Assembly (NCBI RefSeq): GCF_000195955.2
Contig: NC_000962.3
Location: forward strand, 360,001-392,000
Reading direction: 5' to 3'
Source: Mycobacterium tuberculosis H37Rv
GTDB lineage: Bacteria > Actinomycetota > Actinomycetes > Mycobacteriales > Mycobacteriaceae
Length of the DNA stretch: 32,000 nucleotides
Position 1 is the stretch's first letter; every line of letters begins with the position of its first letter. Shown here piece by piece: positions 19,172 through 27,816 of this stretch. The notes under the pieces are model-generated. The model was not told the DNA's origin, ran no database searches, and was given only the letters and a program-made list of their open reading frames with translations. The position numbers and the translations under genes are program-made.

Positions 19172-20401
19172 ATGAGCCAATCCCGGTACGCGGGGTTGTC
19201 CCGCAGCGAGCTGGCAGTTCTGTTACCCGAGCTGTTGTTGATCGGCCAGCTGATCGACCGATCGGGCATGGCCTGGTGTATACAGGCATTCGGCCGCCAG
19301 GAGATGCTGCAGATCGCCATCGAGGAGTGGGCGGGCGCCAGCCCGATCTACACCAAGCGCATGCAAAAGGCGCTGAACTTCGAGGGCGACGACGTGCCCA
19401 CCATCTTCAAGGGGCTACAGCTCGACATCGGCGCGCCGCCGCAATTCATGGACTTCCGTTTCACCCTGCACGACCGCTGGCACGGCGAGTTTCACCTCGA
19501 CCACTGCGGTGCGCTGCTCGACGTGGAGCCGATGGGCGACGACTACGTCGTCGGCATGTGCCACACCATCGAAGATCCGACGTTCGACGCCACCGCGATC
19601 GCGACCAACCCGCGCGCGCAGGTGCGCCCCATCCACCGGCCGCCCCGCAAGCCGGCCGACCGGCATCCGCACTGTGCGTGGACCGTCATCATCGACGAGT
19701 CCTATCCCGAGGCTGAGGGTATTCCGGCGCTGGACGCGGTCCGTGAAACCAAAGCTGCCACCTGGGAATTAGACAACGTCGATGCGTCTGACGACGGGCT
19801 GGTGGACTATTCGGGTCCGCTGGTGTCCGACCTGGACTTCGGGGCGTTCTCGCATTCCGCACTGGTGCGGATGGCCGATGAGGTCTGCCTGCAAATGCAC
19901 CTGCTGAATCTGTCGTTCGCCATTGCCGTGCGGAAACGGGCCAAAGCCGATGCTCAACTGGCCATTTCGGTGAACACCCGCCAGTTGATCGGAGTGGCCG
20001 GGCTGGGCGCAGAACGCATTCACCGTGCGATGGCTTTACCCGGCGGAATCGAAGGCGCGTTAGGTGTGCTGGAGCTACACCCGCTGCTCAACCCGGCCGG
20101 TTACGTGCTGGCCGAAACGTCGCCGGACCGTCTGGTGGTGCACAACTCGCCAGCCCACGCCGACGGCGCCTGGATTTCGTTGTGCACACCGGCATCCGTG
20201 CAGCCGTTGCAGGCCATCGCCACCGCTGTAGACCCGCATCTGAAGGTTCGGATCAGCGGGACGGACACCGACTGGACCGCGGAACTCATCGAGGCCGATG
20301 CCCCAGCGAGCGAACTGCCGGAGGTGTTGGTAGCCAAGGTCAGTCGCGGATCGGTCTTCCAGTTCGAGCCGAGGCGCTCACTGCCGTTGACCGTGAAATG
20401 A
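19172..20401 (+). CDS. Conserved hypothetical protein (Rv0311-like, 409 aa)
   Basis: Long well-behaved ORF MSQSRYAGLSRSELAVLLPELLLIGQLIDRSGMAWCIQAFG...; conserved-looking HDRWHGEFHLDHCGALLDVEP. Divergent from the 18657-19148 gene with a 23-bp gap. Confidence 0.8.
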   Translation: MSQSRYAGLSRSELAVLLPELLLIGQLIDRSGMAWCIQAFGRQEMLQIAIEEWAGASPIYTKRMQKALNFEGDDVPTIFKGLQLDIGAPPQFMDFRFTLHDRWHGEFHLDHCGALLDVEPMGDDYVVGMCHTIEDPTFDATAIATNPRAQVRPIHRPPRKPADRHPHCAWTVIIDESYPEAEGIPALDAVRETKAATWELDNVDASDDGLVDYSGPLVSDLDFGAFSHSALVRMADEVCLQMHLLNLSFAIAVRKRAKADAQLAISVNTRQLIGVAGLGAERIHRAMALPGGIEGALGVLELHPLLNPAGYVLAETSPDRLVVHNSPAHADGAWISLCTPASVQPLQAIATAVDPHLKVRISGTDTDWTAELIEADAPASELPEVLVAKVSRGSVFQFEPRRSLPLTVK

Positions 20402-20555
20402 GCTCGATGCGATCTGTCAAGTCGGTGGCGGTACCGCTTCGGTGACACCACCGCATCGACCGCATACCAATGAGGTTGTCACCGAACCGTATACGGCCCA
20501 CCCGCCGCTATGGTTAACGCTGGCCACCGACCCCTATTGACGAAAGCCTTCCGCT

Positions 20556-22418
20556 ATGTACGACCCGCTGGGGTTGTCGATCGGGACCACAAACCTGGTC
20601 GCGGCGGGTAACGGAGGTCCGCCGGTTACTCGTCGCGCCGTGCTGACCCTGTACCCGCATTGCGCACCGAAAATCGGTGTGCCTAGCCAGAACCCGAACT
20701 TGATCGAGCCGGGCGCCCTAATGAGCGGCTTTGTTGAGCGCATTGGAGATGCGGTGGCGCTGGTGTCTCCCGACGGATCCGTGCACGATCCAGACCTCTT
20801 GCTGGTCGAGGCGCTGGATGCGATGGTGCTGACCGCCGGTGCGGACGCGAGTTCCTCGGAGATCGCCATTGCCGTTCCCGCGCATTGGAAGCCCGGAGCT
20901 GTACACGCACTGCGTAACGGTTTGCGGACGCACGTCGGCTTCGTCCGCAGCGGCATGGCGCCGCGCCTGGTTTCCGATGCGATCGCGGCGTTGACCGCGG
21001 TGAACTCGGAATTGGGCCTGCCCCACGGCAGTGTGGTGGGGTTGCTTGATTTCGGTGGCTCCGCGACTTACGTCACCTTGGTGGAGACCAAGTCGGATTC
21101 CAGGACGTCGGATTTCCAGCCCGTTAGTGCCACGGCACGGTACCAGGACTTTTCCGGTAGTCAGATCGACCAGGCTTTGCTGCTTCGGGTCATCGACCAA
21201 TTCGGGTACGGCGATGACGTCGATCCGGCCAGTACCGCCGCGGTCGGGCAACTCGGCCAACTCAGGGAGCAGTGCCGTGCGGCAAAGGAACGACTGTCCA
21301 CCGACGTTGCCACGGAATTGTTCGCTGAGCTTGCCGGGTGCAGCTCGAGCATCGAGATGACTCGGGAACAGCTCGAAGACCTGATCCAGGATCCATTGAC
21401 CGGCTTCATCTACGCGTTCGACGACATGCTGGCGCGCCACAACGCGAGCTGGGCGGATCTCGCGGCGGTGGTCACCGTCGGCGGTGGTGCCAATATTCCC
21501 CTTGTGACTCAACGTCTTTCGTTCCACACTCGTCGACCTGTGCTGACCGCGTCGCAACCCGGGTGCGCGGCGGCGATGGGTGCGTTGCTGCTCGCCAACC
21601 GTGGGGGAGAGCGCGATTCGCGAACGCGGACGTCCATCGGCCTCGCCACGGCCGCAGCCGCCGGCACCAGTGTCATCGAGCTGCCGGCCGGCGACGTCAT
21701 GGTCATCGACCATGAGGCCTTGACCGATCGCGAGTTGGCCTGGTCGCAGACCGACTTCCCAAGCGAAGCTCCGGCGCGTTTCGAGGGCGACTCGTATAAC
21801 GAAGGCGGCCCCTGCTGGTCGATGCGTCTGAACGCGGTCGAGCCCCCCAAAGGACCAGCGTGGCGGCGAATCCGGGTGTCGCAGTTGCTCATCGGGGTGT
21901 CGGCGGTAGTGGCCATGACCGCGATCGGGGGCGTGGCATTGACGTTGACAGCCATCGAGAGACGCCCAAGCCCGCTACCAACCCCAATTGTGCCCGGCCT
22001 GGCCCCGATGCCGCCCGGATCCGTCGTGCCTAGCTCGCGCGCACCGACCCCGCCGCCACCGCCGTCGACCGTTGCGCCGCTTCCCAGTGCGGCACCGGCC
22101 CCGACGACGGTCGCGCCGGCACCGCCGCCGCCCACACAGGTGGTGACGACCACGACAGCGCCACCCGTCACCACGACGCCGAGGCCGTCGCCGACCACCA
22201 CAACGACCACCGCGCCACCGTCGACAACGACGACAACCGAGCCGCCGGTGACGACCACTTCGACGATTCCAACGATTCCGACGACTACGACGACGGTGAA
22301 GATGACCACGGAGTGGTTGCACGTCCCGTTTTTGCCCGTTCCGATCCCGGTCCCGATTCCGCAAAATCCGGGTGCCGGCGAACCGCAGAACCCGTTCGGA
22401 AGCCTTGGCTCTGGGTGA
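20556..22418 (+). CDS. HSP70/actin-like N-terminal domain, single TM, Pro/Thr-rich C-terminal tail (Rv0312-like, 620 aa)
   Basis: N-term YDPLGLSIGTTNLVAA...GLLDFGGSATYVTLVE...AVVTVGGGANIPLVTQRL...GCAAAMGALLL (phosphate-1/2 and adenosine-like motifs). TM LLIGVSAVVAMTAIGGVALTL, then PPSTTTTTEPPVTTTSTIPTIPTTTTT. Confidence 0.85.
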   Translation: MYDPLGLSIGTTNLVAAGNGGPPVTRRAVLTLYPHCAPKIGVPSQNPNLIEPGALMSGFVERIGDAVALVSPDGSVHDPDLLLVEALDAMVLTAGADASSSEIAIAVPAHWKPGAVHALRNGLRTHVGFVRSGMAPRLVSDAIAALTAVNSELGLPHGSVVGLLDFGGSATYVTLVETKSDSRTSDFQPVSATARYQDFSGSQIDQALLLRVIDQFGYGDDVDPASTAAVGQLGQLREQCRAAKERLSTDVATELFAELAGCSSSIEMTREQLEDLIQDPLTGFIYAFDDMLARHNASWADLAAVVTVGGGANIPLVTQRLSFHTRRPVLTASQPGCAAAMGALLLANRGGERDSRTRTSIGLATAAAAGTSVIELPAGDVMVIDHEALTDRELAWSQTDFPSEAPARFEGDSYNEGGPCWSMRLNAVEPPKGPAWRRIRVSQLLIGVSAVVAMTAIGGVALTLTAIERRPSPLPTPIVPGLAPMPPGSVVPSSRAPTPPPPPSTVAPLPSAAPAPTTVAPAPPPPTQVVTTTTAPPVTTTPRPSPTTTTTTAPPSTTTTTEPPVTTTSTIPTIPTTTTTVKMTTEWLHVPFLPVPIPVPIPQNPGAGEPQNPFGSLGSG

Positions 22419-22489
22419 GCCGCGTTCCCCGGAGCTGGCCCCGTCGGTGTCAGGTCCGTAGTATCGGTATGGGTTGCTGAGGAGGTCGC

Positions 22490-22876
22490 GTGGGCGACTA
22501 TGGTCCGTTTGGATTCGATCCCGACGAATTCGATCGGGTGATCCGGGAGGGGAGCGAGGGACTGCGCGACGCGTTCGAGCGGATCGGCAGGTTCCTCAGC
22601 TCATCCGGCGCGGGAACGGGCTGGTCGGCAATCTTCGAGGACTTGTCCCGGCGCTCGCGTCCGGCGCCGGAGACCGCCGGCGAGGCCGGTGACGGTGTGT
22701 GGGCCATCTATACGGTGGACGCCGACGGTGGTGCCCGCGTTGAACAGGTGTATGCGACCGAGCTTGACGCCCTGCGCGCGAACAAGGACAACACCGACCC
22801 GAAACGCAAAGTCCGCTTCCTGCCATACGGCATCGCGGTCAGCGTCCTCGACGATCCGGTGGACGAGGCCCAGTAA
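22490..22876 (+). CDS. Conserved hypothetical protein (Rv0313-like, 128 aa)
   Basis: GTG start, MGDYGPFGFDPDEFDRVIREGSEGLRDAFERIGRFL..., same strand and close behind the 620-aa gene. Confidence 0.7.
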   Translation: MGDYGPFGFDPDEFDRVIREGSEGLRDAFERIGRFLSSSGAGTGWSAIFEDLSRRSRPAPETAGEAGDGVWAIYTVDADGGARVEQVYATELDALRANKDNTDPKRKVRFLPYGIAVSVLDDPVDEAQ

Positions 22877-22878
22877 CG

Positions 22879-23541
22879 TCAGCCCTGCTGGACGCTGTTG
22901 GAACCGCCGGCATTGCTGATCTTCGGCGAGCCCGAGTGATACGTGACCTCGTTGTTGAAGCCGGCGGCTTCGATGGTGTCGACGGAGTCGACGGTGACCG
23001 AGTTCCTCATGCCGGACACGGTGAGGCTGGTGCAGTGGCCGGTGATCACCACCGTGTTGGACATGCCGCTGACGCTGACAATGCTGTCGTTGCAGGCGAT
23101 TGTCCGGTTCACGTTGACGCCGGAGACGCTCAGGCTGGCGCCGGCCGGCGGAAGAGTGGTGGCCGGTTGCGCAGTCGGGGTTGGAACAGCCCGGGAGACA
23201 GACGGGGTGGGCGAGAGAACGACGAAGTTGCCTTGGGAAAGCCGCTGTGCGCTGAATGCGGCGATGCCACCCACCAGAACCAGCACGCCGACAACGACGA
23301 CCGCGGCCAGGATCCACCACGCCCTGTTGCCGGAGGACGATCGCGGCGATGGGCCGCCGAACGGGCCGCCATAGCTATACGGCGGCGGTGGCGGGCCGGG
23401 TGGATAGGTGTAGCCGCCCGACTGCGAGCCGCCGAGTTCGGAGGCGCGTGCCACGTCGGCTAGCGGCCGCTCCAGTTCCCGGATTCGCGCCTCCGGGTCA
23501 TCCTCTGGGTTCATGCACAGATGCTCCCACACGACGATCAT
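22879..23541 (-). CDS. Membrane-anchored protein with DUF3060-like C-terminal repeats (Rv0314c-like, 220 aa)
   Basis: Pro/Tyr/Gly-rich N-term, TM WWILAAVVVVGVLVLVGGIAAFSA, C-terminal IACNDSIVSVSGMSNTVVITGHCTSLTVSGMRNSVTVDSVDTIEAAGFNNEVTY. Alternative ATG at 23514. Confidence 0.75.
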   Translation of the reverse strand: MIVVWEHLCMNPEDDPEARIRELERPLADVARASELGGSQSGGYTYPPGPPPPPYSYGGPFGGPSPRSSSGNRAWWILAAVVVVGVLVLVGGIAAFSAQRLSQGNFVVLSPTPSVSRAVPTPTAQPATTLPPAGASLSVSGVNVNRTIACNDSIVSVSGMSNTVVITGHCTSLTVSGMRNSVTVDSVDTIEAAGFNNEVTYHSGSPKISNAGGSNSVQQG

Positions 23542-23601
23542 GCCGCATAGGTAGTTGCGCCCGGCGGCACCACACGATTCGGCTTGGCCTGCTATCGTCC
23601 C

Positions 23602-24486
23602 ATGCTTATGCCTGAGATGGATCGTCGCCGAATGATGATGATGGCGGGGTTCGGCGCCCTGGCTGCCGCGCTTCCCGCCCCGACAGCCTGGGCCGACCCG
23701 TCCCGGCCGGCCGCGCCGGCTGGTCCGACACCGGCGCCCGCCGCGCCGGCTGCGGCAACCGGTGGGCTTTTGTTCCACGACGAGTTCGACGGGCCGGCCG
23801 GTTCGGTCCCGGACCCGTCCAAGTGGCAGGTGTCGAACCACCGGACGCCCATCAAGAACCCGGTGGGCTTTGACCGGCCCCAGTTTTTTGGGCAGTACCG
23901 CGACAGTCGACAGAACGTGTTCCTCGACGGCAACTCCAATCTCGTGCTGCGCGCTACCCGAGAGGGCAACAGGTATTTCGGTGGCCTGGTCCACGGCCTG
24001 TGGCGGGGTGGCATCGGGACCACCTGGGAGGCCCGGATCAAGTTCAACTGCCTGGCTCCGGGCATGTGGCCCGCCTGGTGGTTGTCCAATGACGATCCTG
24101 GTCGCAGCGGCGAAATCGACCTGATCGAGTGGTATGGCAACGGGACTTGGCCGTCGGGAACCACCGTGCACGCCAACCCGGACGGCACCGCATTCGAGAC
24201 CTGCCCGATCGGTGTGGACGGTGGTTGGCACAACTGGCGCGTCACGTGGAATCCGAGCGGCATGTACTTCTGGCTGGATTACGCCGACGGCATTGAGCCC
24301 TACTTCTCGGTTCCGGCGACCGGAATCGAAGACCTCAACGAGCCCATCCGCGAGTGGCCGTTCAACGACCCCGGCTACAAGGTGTTTCCGGTGTTGAACC
24401 TTGCGGTTGGCGGTTCTGGTGGCGGCGATCCCGCGACGGGTTCCTATCCACAGGAGATGCTCGTCGACTGGGTGCGCGTCTTTTAA
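23602..24486 (+). CDS. Secreted GH16 endo-beta-1,3-glucanase (Rv0315-like, 294 aa), Tat-like signal
   Basis: Signal MDRRRMMMMAGFGALAAALPAPTAWA (twin Arg). GH16 catalytic segment GRSGEIDLIEWYGNG (ExDxxE), LLFHDEFDGPAGSVPDPSKWQV, WHNWRVTWNPSGMYFWLDY. Confidence 0.93.
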   Translation: MLMPEMDRRRMMMMAGFGALAAALPAPTAWADPSRPAAPAGPTPAPAAPAAATGGLLFHDEFDGPAGSVPDPSKWQVSNHRTPIKNPVGFDRPQFFGQYRDSRQNVFLDGNSNLVLRATREGNRYFGGLVHGLWRGGIGTTWEARIKFNCLAPGMWPAWWLSNDDPGRSGEIDLIEWYGNGTWPSGTTVHANPDGTAFETCPIGVDGGWHNWRVTWNPSGMYFWLDYADGIEPYFSVPATGIEDLNEPIREWPFNDPGYKVFPVLNLAVGGSGGGDPATGSYPQEMLVDWVRVF

Positions 24487-24534
24487 CGCCTCGCGCTCTT
24501 GCCCGGGGTGCTACCCGGCTTGCTCGGAGAAAGC

Positions 24535-25149
24535 ATGGAGTTTTTGGTCACCATGACCACCCGCGTTCCCGATAGCATGCCCGCGGACGCAGTCGAGCGG
24601 GTCCGTGCCCGCGAGGCTGCCCGCTCGCGCGAGCTCGCGGCACAGGGAAAGCTACTCCGCCTGTGGCGCCCGCCGCTGCGGCCGGGCGAATGGCGCACCC
24701 TGGGGCTGTTCGCCGCCGACGACAACGGCGAACTGGAGCAGCTGCTGGCCTCGATGCCGCCGCGGTCGTGGCGCACCGACGACGTCACGCCGCTGGGTGC
24801 TCACCCGAACGACCCGGTTGGCCAGGGGATAACCATCGCGCCGGGTAAGGGTCCGGAGTTTCTGATCGCGACGACCATTATGGTGCCACCGGGTACCCCG
24901 GCTCAGGTGGTCGACGACACCGTGGCGCGCGAGGCTCGCCGCGCGCCCGAGCTGGCCGGGCGGGGACACCTGGTGCGGTTGTGGGCACTACCCGACGGAC
25001 CGGACGGCCAGCGCACCCTGGGGCTGTGGCGGGCTCGCGACCCTGGCGAGCTGATGGCCATCCTGGAATCGCTACCGCTTGCTGGCTGGATGACCATCGA
25101 GACCACGCCGCTGAGTCCGCATCCCGATGATCCGATCCGCATGCCCTGA
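24535..25149 (+). CDS. Tandem muconolactone-isomerase-like protein (Rv0316-like, 204 aa)
   Basis: MEFLVTMTTRVPDSMPADAVERVRAREAARSRELAAQGKLLRLWRPP... and PEFLIATTIMVPPGTPAQVVDDTVAREARRAPELAGRGHLVRLWALP...: two copies of one domain. Confidence 0.85.
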   Translation: MEFLVTMTTRVPDSMPADAVERVRAREAARSRELAAQGKLLRLWRPPLRPGEWRTLGLFAADDNGELEQLLASMPPRSWRTDDVTPLGAHPNDPVGQGITIAPGKGPEFLIATTIMVPPGTPAQVVDDTVAREARRAPELAGRGHLVRLWALPDGPDGQRTLGLWRARDPGELMAILESLPLAGWMTIETTPLSPHPDDPIRMP

Positions 25150-25172
25150 CCGTTTCCGGTGTCGCCGGGCTC

Positions 25173-25943
25173 TTAGGCGCCGTCCCACTCGCCGCGGGCG
25201 ATGAGAACATCACGAAGTAGGTCCGCGCGATCGGTGATGATGCCGTCCACGTCCATGTCGAGAAGGGTGTGCATCACATCGGGTTCGTCGACGGTCCAGG
25301 CATGCACTTGGCGTCCCGCAGCATGAAAGCCGCGGACCCGTGCCGGCGTAATGACCGGTACACCGCCAAGCCGTGACGGTAGTTGCACGCAGTCGATGTC
25401 GCGCATCATCCGCCAGGCATATGCCCGGCTGCCCAGCGGACGCGCGGTCAGCCACGCCAGCAGCGCGCCCGTTCCTGCCGAACTAGCGACCCGCTTGGTC
25501 AGCAGGCGCAATGCGCGCCGGCGACGGCGCTCGGAAAACGAACCGATCAGCACCCGGTTGTGCGCGTTGCACCGCTCGATGACGTTGACGGTCGGCTCGA
25601 TCGCCGATGCGGCTTTAATGTCGATGTTGACCCGCATGTCTGGCAGCGCGGTAAGCAGGTCTTCCAGGGTTGGGATCGACTGCCCCGCACCCAGCTGCGC
25701 CTTGCGGACATCACGCCAATCCAACCGGTCGACCGCGCCGGATAACCCCACCCCGGGCGCCAGCCTACGGTCATGCAGGATCACGGCTACGCCGTCCCGG
25801 GTGGCGCGAACGTCGGTCTCGATGTAGCGGAATCCGAGCTTGGCCGCCTCCTGGAACGCCCCCATGCTGTTCATGGGCAATCTGAACGACGTAAATCCTC
25901 TGTGCGCCATGGCAATCCGCCCCCCATGGCGAAGAAATTCCAC
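25173..25943 (-). CDS. glpQ2: Glycerophosphodiester phosphodiesterase (Rv0317c/GlpQ2-like, 256 aa from GTG 25943)
   Basis: AMAHRGFTSFRLPMNSMGAFQEAAKLGFRYIETDVRATRDGVAVILHDRRL is the GDPD HRG...E-x-D...HD motif. Also VHAWTVDEPDVMHTLLDMDVDGIITDRADLL. Confidence 0.92.
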   Translation of the reverse strand: MEFLRHGGRIAMAHRGFTSFRLPMNSMGAFQEAAKLGFRYIETDVRATRDGVAVILHDRRLAPGVGLSGAVDRLDWRDVRKAQLGAGQSIPTLEDLLTALPDMRVNIDIKAASAIEPTVNVIERCNAHNRVLIGSFSERRRRRALRLLTKRVASSAGTGALLAWLTARPLGSRAYAWRMMRDIDCVQLPSRLGGVPVITPARVRGFHAAGRQVHAWTVDEPDVMHTLLDMDVDGIITDRADLLRDVLIARGEWDGA

Positions 25944-26203
25944 GGTAGGTGCGCCACCGTCGCTCATCAGGTCAGTATCACATAGCCTCGGCCGCCGGGG
26001 GCGTCCACGCCGGGGGCAGCACCGCTCTGTCGGCGACGGTTCCTGTGCACCAGCCGCTTTCGCATCGCAGTGGTAATGGGCGCTCCCATACGGCGCGGTC
26101 GGCGACGACGGTGCATGGGCCGGCCATCGTTTTGGGCCTTCCCCGCCTTGCCGCCGGGCCACCGACGTTCAGCATCACCATCAGCGTCGACGTGTCACAT
26201 CGG

Positions 26204-26274
26204 AGCCGATGACGGGAATCGAACCCGCGTATTCAGCTTGGGAAGCTGATGTTCTGCCATTGAACTACATCGGC
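26204..26274 (-). tRNA. tRNA-Gly, anticodon CCC, 71 nt, CCA not encoded
   Basis: Reverse strand GCCGATG TAGTTCAATGGCAGAACA TCAGC TTCCCAA GCTGA ATACG CGGGTTCGATTCCCG T CATCGGC T. Complete cloverleaf, anticodon loop TT-CCC-AA. Confidence 0.95.
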
Positions 26275-26304
26275 ACGGTTGCCTCGAAAGGCTAGCATCC
26301 AGAA

Positions 26305-27099
26305 TCATTCCATCACCCCCAGGCCGTACAAGATCAGAAATCCGGCAAAGAACATCACGGCCATCCATGGCCGCTCCGGCGTTTCGTGCGCCTCGACAAG
26401 CAGTTCCTCCACGACCAGCCAGAGCAGCGCCCCCGCCGCGAACGCCAACACGAGGGTCAGGACGGTATTTCCCGCCCGGCCCAGCGCCACGGCACCTGAC
26501 ACACCGCCCACCGCGATCACTAGGCTCAGGGCGCTTGTGGTCGCCGCGGCCCGGATCCTAGGCATTCCGGAGCCGGCCAGGCGCAGGGCCACCGCCAGAC
26601 CCAGGAACAGCACCTCGACCGTCAGGGCGATGGTGATGATGATCGCGGTGCGACTGGACACCGTCGCGCCCGTTGCGACCAGCAACCCGTCGATGAAGAG
26701 GTCAACCGCGACTACGGTGAGGAACCCGACGGGCAGTTCGCCCACGTCGTCGCCGTCTTGATGTTCCCCGTGGCCGTCAAATCGGCGCAGTGCAACGAGT
26801 ACCGCGACGCCTGCACTGAAGCCCACAACGATCAGCCAGAGCGGACCTCTGCTGCGCAGGTCTGGTAGCACTTCCCCGGCCACGGCGGCCATGACAATTC
26901 CCGCGGCGAAATGTTGGACGCCGCTGACCATCGCCGCCGACGGCGTGCGCACCGACGGGACCACGCCGCCGAGAATCCCGGCGAGAACCGGGAAGGTGAC
27001 CAACGAGGCGGCCGTTGTGACGTTGCTGATGCCAACCTCCCGGTTTCGGTCGAAGATCTCGGCTCGGGCACGCTTGAACATTGTGACGGCTAGTGACAA
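26305..27099 (-). CDS. Integral membrane protein resembling ZIP-family metal transporters (Rv0318c-like, 264 aa)
   Basis: Multiple hydrophobic helices with a central hydrophilic His/Asp loop RRFDGHGEHQDGDDVGELPVGFLTVVAVDLFIDGLLVATGA. Alternative start ATG 27081. Confidence 0.75.
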   Translation of the reverse strand: MSLAVTMFKRARAEIFDRNREVGISNVTTAASLVTFPVLAGILGGVVPSVRTPSAAMVSGVQHFAAGIVMAAVAGEVLPDLRSRGPLWLIVVGFSAGVAVLVALRRFDGHGEHQDGDDVGELPVGFLTVVAVDLFIDGLLVATGATVSSRTAIIITIALTVEVLFLGLAVALRLAGSGMPRIRAAATTSALSLVIAVGGVSGAVALGRAGNTVLTLVLAFAAGALLWLVVEELLVEAHETPERPWMAVMFFAGFLILYGLGVME

Positions 27100-27147
27100 A
27101 TGCAGCGACTTTCGGGGAAACGGGCATTGAAATAAGGAAGGAACAGC

Positions 27148-27816
27148 ATGTCGAAGGTGCTGGTCACCGGATTCGGACCCTACGGCGTGACGCCGGTAAA
27201 TCCGGCACAGCTCACCGCCGAAGAGCTGGATGGTCGCACCATCGCCGGCGCAACGGTCATCTCGCGGATCGTGCCCAACACGTTCTTCGAGTCGATCGCG
27301 GCAGCTCAGCAGGCCATCGCAGAGATCGAGCCAGCATTGGTGATCATGCTGGGCGAATACCCGGGACGCAGCATGATCACCGTCGAGCGACTCGCGCAAA
27401 ACGTCAACGACTGCGGGCGGTACGGCCTCGCCGACTGCGCCGGCAGGGTTTTGGTCGGTGAGCCAACCGACCCCGCCGGCCCGGTCGCCTACCACGCGAC
27501 CGTACCGGTTCGCGCGATGGTGCTGGCCATGCGAAAGGCCGGCGTGCCAGCTGACGTCTCGGACGCGGCGGGCACGTTCGTGTGCAATCACCTCATGTAC
27601 GGCGTGCTGCACCACCTCGCCCAGAAGGGTCTGCCCGTCCGCGCCGGTTGGATTCATCTGCCGTGCCTGCCCAGCGTCGCCGCACTGGATCACAACCTCG
27701 GTGTTCCGAGCATGTCGGTCCAGACGGCGGTCGCCGGGGTCACGGCTGGCATCGAGGCAGCCATTCGGCAGTCCGCAGATATCCGCGAACCGATCCCGTC
27801 GCGATTGCAGATCTAG
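27148..27816 (+). CDS. pcp: Pyrrolidone-carboxylate peptidase (Rv0319, 222 aa)
   Basis: KVLVTGFGPYGVTPVNPAQLTAEELDG...VSDAAGTFVCNHLMYGVLHHL... (FVCN.. catalytic Cys region) and GWIHLPCLPS. Confidence 0.95.
   Translation: MSKVLVTGFGPYGVTPVNPAQLTAEELDGRTIAGATVISRIVPNTFFESIAAAQQAIAEIEPALVIMLGEYPGRSMITVERLAQNVNDCGRYGLADCAGRVLVGEPTDPAGPVAYHATVPVRAMVLAMRKAGVPADVSDAAGTFVCNHLMYGVLHHLAQKGLPVRAGWIHLPCLPSVAALDHNLGVPSMSVQTAVAGVTAGIEAAIRQSADIREPIPSRLQI

Noticed and set aside
23584-24231. Upstream extension of the DUF3060-like gene to 24231 (450 aa) over the start of the GH16 glucanase gene.
   Set aside because: The extension is antisense to a clear GH16 coding region with signal peptide and catalytic motif. 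The start at 23541 or 23514 is more reasonable.
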